A stretch of DNA of 64,000 nt from an uncultured Gemmatimonadales bacterium. Lineage in GTDB: Bacteria; Gemmatimonadota; Gemmatimonadetes; Longimicrobiales; RSA9. The number at the start of each line of letters is the position of its first letter. Positions within the stretch are counted from its first letter, which is position 1. The DNA lies in contig CAWCRS010000004.1 in NCBI GenBank assembly GCA_963798085.1, positions 66,238 through 130,237 of the forward strand. Reading direction: 5' to 3'. Below, in pieces: positions 57,168 to 64,000 of this stretch. The notes beneath the pieces are model-generated. The model searched no databases and was not told the DNA's origin. It was given only the letters and a program-made list of their open reading frames with translations. A program made the position numbers and the translations under genes.

Positions 57168-59903
57168 ATGACGCTCGCCACCTGCACGCAGTGCGGCACA
57201 CATGTCATTTCGGGTGACGCCTGTCCGCATTGCGGAACGCCTACGCCGGCGCCCTCGCCCGAAGTCGCGCGCTACGGCAGCCAGTGGGAGGCCATCCTCG
57301 AAAAGCTGCGGCGCGTCGCGGCTCCCAAGTATCGCGTTCGCCGCGTCCTCGGCTATGGCGGCATGGCGGGTGTGTACCTCGCCGATGAGCCGCGGCTGGG
57401 CCGGCAGGTAGCCATCAAGGTGATGTCGCCGGGGCTCATGGTGGATCCCAAGCTGGTCGACCGCTTCAGCCAGGAAGCGCGCACCATCGCCCAGCTCGCC
57501 CACCCCAACATCGTCACCATCTACGAAGTCGACGATCGCGAAGACCTGCACTACTTCACGATGACCTATGTGCCCGGGCGCACGCTGGGCCAGGCCATGT
57601 CGGAAGCCGATGGGCCCCTCGCCATCGATGTGGTGCGCGCCTGGCTGTATCAGATCGGCGACGGACTCGCCTACGCTCACCAGAACCACGTCGTGCACCG
57701 CGATGTGAAGCCGGGCAACGTGCTGCTCGACCTGCGCGGCAACGCGCTGGTCACGGACTTCGGCATTGCCAAGGTGGCCGATGCCGAGGCCGGCCTGACC
57801 CGTACCGGCATGCTCGTCGGCACGCCCGCGTACATGAGCCCCGAGCAGTGCTCCTCGGGCCGCGTCACCGGTGCCTCCGACCAGTACTCGCTCGGCGCCG
57901 TGGTCTACCAGATGCTCACCGGCCAGCCACCCTTCGGCGGCCCCACGCTGGCCGTGCTGCAGGCGCACGTGGGTGCGGAGCCAAGACCCATTCTGGAATT
58001 GCGACCCGATTGCCCCGACGATCTCGTCGCCTCCGTCCAGCGCATGCTGCTCAAGCGCCCCGAGGATCGCTGGCCCACCATGTCGGCGGCGATTGCCGCA
58101 GCGGGCGCCACGCCGCCCGGTCTGGATGGGTCTGTGCGGGAGCAGCTCGAGCTGCTCGCGGCGCAGGCCGCGCAGATTCGAGTCGAGCCATGGTTCGACG
58201 TGATCCGGGAAGGTTCACGCGAACAACTTCGTGTTAGTATCCTCGACAGCGCCGGCCGCAACCTCGCCGGCAGACGCATCGACTGGAAGGCCGACGACGC
58301 CGTCGTCGCCTCCGTACTGCCCGATAACACGCTGCTTGCCACCGCCGCCGGCACCACCCGCCTCGAAGCCTCGTGCGGCGGCGCCATCAGCGCGCTCGCG
58401 CTCACGGTCGAGGCCGACCCGGTGCGCGATGTCGAGGTCAGTCCCACGGTCGCCACACTCCCGACGAACGGCCGGCTGCCGCTCGAGGCCGTGGTGCGCG
58501 ACTGGGACGGCACCCGCCTCGACGACCGCGCCGTGCTGTGGAGCTCGAGCGACGCCACCATCGCGACGGTCGACCCGGACGGCATGGTGCAGGCGCTGCG
58601 ACCGGGCGAGGTCGTGATTACCGCGAGCACGGGTGGCAAGGCCGCGGGCGCCACCCTCGCCGTGACGACCGACGCAATTGCACCGCTCGAACCCTGGGAG
58701 CAGGGCCCCGGGATGCGCGCCACGTTCGGCGGCGCGGCCCCCCGAACGCGTCAGACGAAGGCACGCGCCAGCAAGGCGGCGAAGGCACCCACGCCGGTTC
58801 CGGTGGGGCGTGCCGAGAAGGCTGCGACACCGCCGCCGTTTGTGGCGCCACGACCGTCCGTCCCGGCGGAGGCAGGCGAGGGTGGCAGTAAAACGAAACG
58901 GCTCGTGTTACTCGGTGCCCTCATCGCCGTCATCGCGGCTTCGCCACTGCTGCTGCGCCAGCTGATGGCCGGAAACACGAACGCCGGGGGGCAGCAGCCA
59001 CCGGATTCGACCGGCTCTCCAGTCCGCCCTCCCAATGCGCCCTCGACCGCGGTATCCGCGAACGCTGCCGCGGACAGCTCGGCCGTGGCCGCGAATACGC
59101 AGAACCCGGCCGTCGATTCCAGTCGCCTGGCGTCGGCCCAGCGCGGCGCCGGCCAGAGCGGCCGCGGCACCACGCAGACCTCCACGTCAGGCGGCGGGCG
59201 ACAGGGCAACCCGGACACCGCGAGCACGTCGCGAGGGGCGGCTGGCGGCGGAGGCAGGCCGCCGATCAACGAGCCGCCTCCGGTAGCCGCGCCGACCACG
59301 GGGACCATTCTGGTCTCGGGCGAACTGCCGGCCGGCGCCACACTGGTGGTGCACCAGCCCGATGGCCAGGCGAGGACGTTGTCGGGCAGGTCCATCACGT
59401 TGCCGGCCGGTTCCTACGGGCTCGAATTCAGTGCGCCCGGTTACGAGCCGGACCGCCAGAACGTGCAGCTCAATGCGGGAGACAACCGCACCTGGACCCC
59501 GGTGCTGCGCACGGTCCCGAAGCCACAGCCGGATAACCCGCCCGCGAATCAGCCGCCGGCCCATGACGCGCGCGCTGATGCTGCCGCCATCGCGAGCGCG
59601 GTGACGAGCTTCGTCGCCAGCTTCGACAAGCGTGACAAGGGTGCCGTGATCGCGCTGCTGCCGCCGGAAACGCGCAGCAACTGGCAGGCGCTTTTCGACA
59701 ACCGCGACGTCAAGGACTTCCACGCCCGCCTGGAAAAGGCGGATCCGGCCACAGTCTCCGGCGACGCGGCGACAGTCGACTTCTCACTGCGCGTAACCTT
59801 CCGCTCCGGCAGTCAGAACGTGGACCAGGTCCTGCACTTCGCCGGCTCGGCCGCGCGCCAGGGCAGCGGCTGGCGGCTCGCGTCCCTGCGCTCCAGCAGC
59901 TGA
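57168..59903 (+). CDS. Ser/Thr kinase: zinc ribbon, kinase, two BIG2, TM, PEGA-like and NTF2-like domains
   Basis: CTQC..CPHC; GYGGM, VAIK, HRDVKPGN, DFG, GTPAYMSPE; WSSSDATIATVD..G.V BIG2. Confidence 0.9.
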   Translation: MTLATCTQCGTHVISGDACPHCGTPTPAPSPEVARYGSQWEAILEKLRRVAAPKYRVRRVLGYGGMAGVYLADEPRLGRQVAIKVMSPGLMVDPKLVDRFSQEARTIAQLAHPNIVTIYEVDDREDLHYFTMTYVPGRTLGQAMSEADGPLAIDVVRAWLYQIGDGLAYAHQNHVVHRDVKPGNVLLDLRGNALVTDFGIAKVADAEAGLTRTGMLVGTPAYMSPEQCSSGRVTGASDQYSLGAVVYQMLTGQPPFGGPTLAVLQAHVGAEPRPILELRPDCPDDLVASVQRMLLKRPEDRWPTMSAAIAAAGATPPGLDGSVREQLELLAAQAAQIRVEPWFDVIREGSREQLRVSILDSAGRNLAGRRIDWKADDAVVASVLPDNTLLATAAGTTRLEASCGGAISALALTVEADPVRDVEVSPTVATLPTNGRLPLEAVVRDWDGTRLDDRAVLWSSSDATIATVDPDGMVQALRPGEVVITASTGGKAAGATLAVTTDAIAPLEPWEQGPGMRATFGGAAPRTRQTKARASKAAKAPTPVPVGRAEKAATPPPFVAPRPSVPAEAGEGGSKTKRLVLLGALIAVIAASPLLLRQLMAGNTNAGGQQPPDSTGSPVRPPNAPSTAVSANAAADSSAVAANTQNPAVDSSRLASAQRGAGQSGRGTTQTSTSGGGRQGNPDTASTSRGAAGGGGRPPINEPPPVAAPTTGTILVSGELPAGATLVVHQPDGQARTLSGRSITLPAGSYGLEFSAPGYEPDRQNVQLNAGDNRTWTPVLRTVPKPQPDNPPANQPPAHDARADAAAIASAVTSFVASFDKRDKGAVIALLPPETRSNWQALFDNRDVKDFHARLEKADPATVSGDAATVDFSLRVTFRSGSQNVDQVLHFAGSAARQGSGWRLASLRSSS

Positions 59904-60196
59904 CACGCTGGTTCGCCCGCGCACCAATCGGGAGAGCTGCGTCGCCGCGGCCCCGGCGTGCGCGGTGTCGGCGCCGTCCGCCATGGGCATTGCGCATCGG
60001 CGACGTGCTGCGCAGCACACGCAAGGTCGCGTCGTGCGCTCGCGCCGTGCGTTTCACCCCATAACATCGTGATATCAGGCGACAATGCCGCGTATGGCCT
60101 GCCGGCACGTCGCAGATCGGTTCGCGCGAGACGTTCTTGGAGTGACCTGCCGTTCCCCGTACGAGGCCACGCCAGCGACTTCGGAGATCGACCCTG

Positions 60197-60949
60197 ATGC
60201 GCAATCTCGTGCTGCGCAGCATGACGGTGGCGCTGCTGCTCACCGGTGGCGTCGCCGCCTGCGGCGGTCAGGTCACGGACCCGAAACTCGTGGGCGAAGG
60301 CCGCAAGGTCCTGTTCATCGGCAACAGCTACACCTACGTGAACGATCTGCCCGGCATCGTGCAGGCGCTGGCGGATTCCGCGAAGGGCAATGCGCTGGCG
60401 GTGGAGACGGTGGCGTATGCGGATTTCGCGCTGGTCGACCACTGGAACGAGGGCGCATCGCGCAGCGAGATCGCGCGCGGCGGCTGGGAATGGGTGGTGC
60501 TGCAGCAGGGACCGTCGTCGGTGGAGGTGAACCGCGACACGCTGCGCCTGTTTGCCAGGGCGTTCGCAACCGAGATCGCGAAAGCAGGTGCCGTCCCTGC
60601 ACTATTCTCCGCCTGGCCCACCATCGACCGGCGCCAGGACTTCGATCGCGCCATCGACTCCTACAAGCTGGCCGCGGCCAATGTTAATGGTGTGTTTCTG
60701 CCCGTTGCGCCCGCTTGGCTCGCCGCCTGGCAGCGCAGCCCCAACCTCAGCCTATACGCCAGTGATGGTCTGCACGCCAACCTGTCGGGTTCGTACCTCG
60801 CCGCTCTCGTGATCTATGGCAGACTCCTGGGCAAGTCGCCCATGGGCCTCCCTTCGAGTCTGCGCCTGCACTCGGGCCAGCGCATCTCGATCGACCCGCA
60901 GCTGGCGCAGCTGCTGCAGCAGGCCGCGGCGGCTGTGCTGGCGGAGTAG
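60197..60949 (+). CDS. SGNH/GDSL-like hydrolase lipoprotein
   Basis: Lipobox VAAC; VLFIGNSYT, VVLQ, PV..AW, DGLH. Confidence 0.85.
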   Translation: MRNLVLRSMTVALLLTGGVAACGGQVTDPKLVGEGRKVLFIGNSYTYVNDLPGIVQALADSAKGNALAVETVAYADFALVDHWNEGASRSEIARGGWEWVVLQQGPSSVEVNRDTLRLFARAFATEIAKAGAVPALFSAWPTIDRRQDFDRAIDSYKLAAANVNGVFLPVAPAWLAAWQRSPNLSLYASDGLHANLSGSYLAALVIYGRLLGKSPMGLPSSLRLHSGQRISIDPQLAQLLQQAAAAVLAE

Positions 60950-60951
60950 CC

Positions 60952-61177
60952 CGGACCGTCTTGGCGTTCTTGGGTTATGGCGCATTCCGCCCGCCTCATG
61001 TCGCAACTGACTATCCGCTGAGTGTACGCCGACCGAAACGGCGCAGTTTGCGCTCCCAAACGGGGCACGACGATAGCTGGCGGCGTCGAGCGGGCCTTCA
61101 GCCAGGCGTCGGGCGGCTGCTGAAAGCGGCGAATGGATTTCTGAATACGCCAAACCCAAGAACGCCAAGACGGTCCG
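60952..61177. repeat. Long-inverted-repeat element (REP/MITE-like), copy 2
   Basis: CGGACCGTCTTGGCGTTCTTGGGTTATGGCGCATTC pairs with 61143-61177 (one indel, one mismatch); outer arm nearly identical to copy 1. Confidence 0.85.
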
Positions 61178-61300
61178 TCAGCCAAGGTCAGCTACCGGCA
61201 GCGTCGCCTCCACCTCCGTGCCCCGACCGCGCGCGCCTTTAACCTCGAGCGCGCCGCCTGACTGCGTCGCGCGCTCCCGCATGCCCAGGATACCGAAATC
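61178..61300 (-). pseudogene. C-terminal fragment of a sensor histidine kinase (HATPase)
   Basis: DFGILGMRERATQSGGALEVKGARGRGTEVEATLP* is a G2-box; nothing kinase-like lies upstream of 61300. Confidence 0.75.
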
Positions 61301-61456
61301 GGCGATCCCGACTACCTGGTCCGGGTGGCCACCGCCAGCCTGGCCGCCTACCAGGCGCTGCGGGACGAGAAGCTCGCCGCGCTGCCCGGCGTGCAGCGGC
61401 TCACCTCCACCATCGTGATGAAACGCGTCGTGGCGGACCGGCCCTATCCAACCTGA
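61301..61456 (+). pseudogene. C-terminal fragment of an Lrp/AsnC regulator (actinobacterial-like)
   Basis: Manual translation GDPDYLVRVATASLAAYQALRDEKLAALPGVQRLTSTIVMKRVV; no HTH upstream. Confidence 0.75.
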
Positions 61457-61576
61457 TGGCCGGCGAGGTACCCGCGGCCGCCATCCTCGCACGCGGGCGT
61501 GACGGCCGCAGAGCCGCGCGGGCCCGATTGCGGCCTGCCCCGAACAGGCACTTACCTGGCCCACCATTCGACAAGC

Positions 61577-61723
61577 TCAACTGCCGGACCGGGCCACCCC
61601 AGAGAGCAGCTCGATCCTAACCTGGTCACTACTGTCAAGGACGTAGGTGATGTCCAGGTCCGGGTTCCAGGAAGTCGGGAGGATGTAATAGGTCTGCGAC
61701 CGGCTCATCAACATGCGGAGGCC
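61577..61723 (-). pseudogene. C-terminal gene fragment cut by the IS
   Basis: GLRMLMSRSQTYYILPTSWNPDLDITYVLDSSDQVRIELL..* begins exactly at the IS terminal repeat. Confidence 0.5.
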
Positions 61724-64000
61724 CAGATCTCCGGCAATGCGTGTGCGGTTTGAGTTAAATGCTGGGGTCTGCGCTGAGATGGTAGGTGATGGGCCGGGAG
61801 TCGCCGGGGATGACGGGCGGGGTGTGGTTGATCTCGTCGATGAGCAGGGCCAGGGCGCGGCTGATGCGGGGTGAGCTGGGCGGGTCGAGCCGGACAGTGA
61901 TCGAGGTCTGGGTGTAGGTGATGGTTCCGGGCAGGCCGCGGATGATGGCCTGGCGGGTGATGGCGCGGTACTCGTCGTCATCACGGAGGTAGGCGTTGAG
62001 GTGGTTCGATAGCCAGTGCTCGGCGTTGTGGGCCAGGAGCCGCAGGACCATCTGCAGGCCGCGGCGCCCGGCGCGCAGCAGCGCGACCTCGGCATCGGGG
62101 TCGATGAGGTTGGCGGGCAGTTTCGCGGGGATCGCGGCGCGTGCCGTAGCTGCCGCGTCGCGGTTGCGGCGTGCTGCGGTGATCTTGCGCTGCGCGGCGG
62201 GGATGAGCTGGGTGTTCTTGGCGGCGACGCTGATCGCGGGGTTGGCGATGAGGGTGGCGAGGTCCCGCTCAGCCTCCGCGAGGGTCTTGTCCTGGCCGCG
62301 GACGACGGCGTTCGCTTTCTTGCGGGCCGGGTTGTCTATGACCTTGGTGTTCACCTCGATGATGGCGAGGTAGTCGCAGATCTTGTCTATGCCGTAATTC
62401 CCGGACGCGTACTTGAGGAAGTTCTCCTCCCGCCACCGTGACTTCAGCCAGGACAGGATGTCCGCCGGGCACGCGTCCATGTCAGAGGTGAGGATCTGCA
62501 GCGCGACCTGGCCGTGCTCGAACACGGTGATCTGCCGGGCGCTGCCGTAGTCCTTGAGCTGCACCTCTTCCTCGGCCCACGCGATACGGCGGGTCCGGCT
62601 GCCGGCCGTGATGGTGGTGATGACCGGGAGCATGGCCGGGACGGCCAGCGGCGCCCGCCGGTAGGTGACCCAGTGCACGCCCTGCTCACGGCAGTGCGCG
62701 AACACCTGCGGGTAGGCCCCGCCGCGGTCGAACCCGATCATGATCGCCGCGCCGGCCGGCGCGGCTTTCTTCAGCTCCGCGAGTGCCCTGGGGAGGGTGA
62801 CGCTCAGCCCGGACGGCTCGCCGGACACGAAGCAGACCGCGCGGCCGTCGTGCGCGGTGACGTGGGTGTCCGCGCGGCCTCTCTCCCCGCGGCCCCGCTT
62901 GTTATTCCAGCCTTTCGCGACCGGTTTCGCGCCGGCGTAGGGGATGAAGTGGTCATCCACGTAATACACCCCCGAGGTCACCGGGTCCGCGGCCAGCATC
63001 GCCGCCGCGAACGCGGCCTGCACCGCCACCGGGTCGGTGCGGTCAGCGATCGCGGCCAGCTTCGGGCCGCAGGGCGGGCAGTGCCCCGAGCCCGGCCAGC
63101 GGCCCGGCGTCAGCGGCGGCCAGGTGCTTGAACTGCTCGACCGTCGCCGCGCCGAGCGCGAAGCACGCGCTGACCGCGGTCAGCAGCGCCGTGTCCTGCC
63201 GCGAGCGGCCCGCGCCCAGCACCGTCCCAGCGCCGGCCCGGGCCAGGAACGCGTGCAGCAGCATCGCCCCCGCATACCGGGACTCGGCCACGCCCTCCCT
63301 GATCCGGGGCCCGGGGCCCGCGTCCGGCGCGTCACCGGGCTCCTGCGCCGCCACCGCGTCACCTGGAGCCGCGTCATCCGGCTCCTGTCCCGCGGCGGGC
63401 CCGGTCCCTGCACGCGGCGCATCCGCATCCGCGTGACCTGCGCCGGAGCCGGCGAACAGGGGCTCGGCGTCCTGCTGAGCCCGGGGGCCGAGCCGCCGGC
63501 CGATCGTGGTGTGCGCAACCCCCAGGCGCCGCCCGATCTCCGCATCGCTGACCCCGGCCGCGCGCCACTGCCGCGCCAGGTCCCAGTCCTGCCCGCTCGA
63601 CTGTGTCCGGGCGGCCGCGCCGCTGCTGCCCGGCCAGCGCCGCCGGCCCGTCCCGCTTCGACGCCGAGTACAGCGTCGCCACATAGTTCTCGGTCAGCCC
63701 CAGCGCCCGCGCGACCGCCTGCCCGCTGAACTTCAGCCGCCGCAGCGTCACCAGCACCATGTTCCGCATCAGCAGGTCGCCGGCGCCGTACTCGGCAAGC
63801 ACCACCTGGCCGGCGGTAACCACGCACCACCCGTCAGCTTCGTGCATGCGGAGATCACGGGGCTCTGGCATGCCCTCCAGGATCGCCGCACGTGCCGCTG
63901 ACATGCTGCGATCCTATCACAATTTAAATAATTACGCACAACTAATCATGAACATAACAGCACGTCAGGGAACTGCGGAAAACCTATTGCCGGAGATCTG
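61724..64000 (-). mobile_element. Insertion sequence with 15-bp terminal inverted repeats
   Basis: CAGATCTCCGGCAAT (61724-61738) and its exact reverse complement ATTGCCGGAGATCTG (63986-64000) flank a transposase. Confidence 0.88.
61755..63904 (-). pseudogene. DDE transposase with N-terminal HTH domains, split by at least two frameshifts
   Basis: Frames 63904, 63684 and 63029: AVARALGL and EIGRRLGV HTHs; YYVDDH, FDRGG, RWREENF catalytic motifs. Confidence 0.8.

Noticed and set aside
61178..61567. 129-aa minus-strand ORF as an intact gene
   Set aside because: Only the last about 40 codons are kinase-like; the rest is antisense to the Lrp fragment.

Overview
High-GC bacterial DNA. The gene repertoire (Hanks kinases with BIG2/PEGA domains, a CsgG-like protein, BACON-type lipoproteins) resembles Gemmatimonadota; this is inference only. 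Bases 1-43053 hold a large type VI secretion (T6SS) locus. Core genes: tssC end, hcp, tagJ/impE, tssA, tssE, tssF, tssG, clpV. These are followed by four vgrG modules, each with its own tip, adaptor or effector genes: TPR protein, PAAR plus JAB-like toxin, two tandem DUF2169 pairs, divergent PAAR/PIPY proteins, an Rhs with a ParB-like C-terminus, and DUF6931 plus PAAR. The locus ends with a PpkA-like kinase and a convergent csgG-like / methyltransferase / fused TssB-TssC-like set. Bases 43441-45426 encode an Ig-repeat lipoprotein ending in a c-type heme motif. Bases 45551-55143 encode a PaaX-associated class I benzoyl-CoA reductase pathway (oah, dch, bcrC, bcrB, two short activases, small CxxC protein, had, hemerythrin; divergent maoC). 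Then come a beta-barrel gene, a second kinase and an SGNH-like lipoprotein. Two copies of an unannotated long inverted-repeat element lie between convergent genes. At about 61300 the sequence switches abruptly to actinobacterial-like gene fragments and a frameshifted IS with perfect 15-bp terminal inverted repeats, probably a chimeric junction. Several +1 frameshifts in effector-region genes may be sequencing errors. No rRNA, tRNA or CRISPR array was seen. All family calls come from motif recognition by eye, not database searches.
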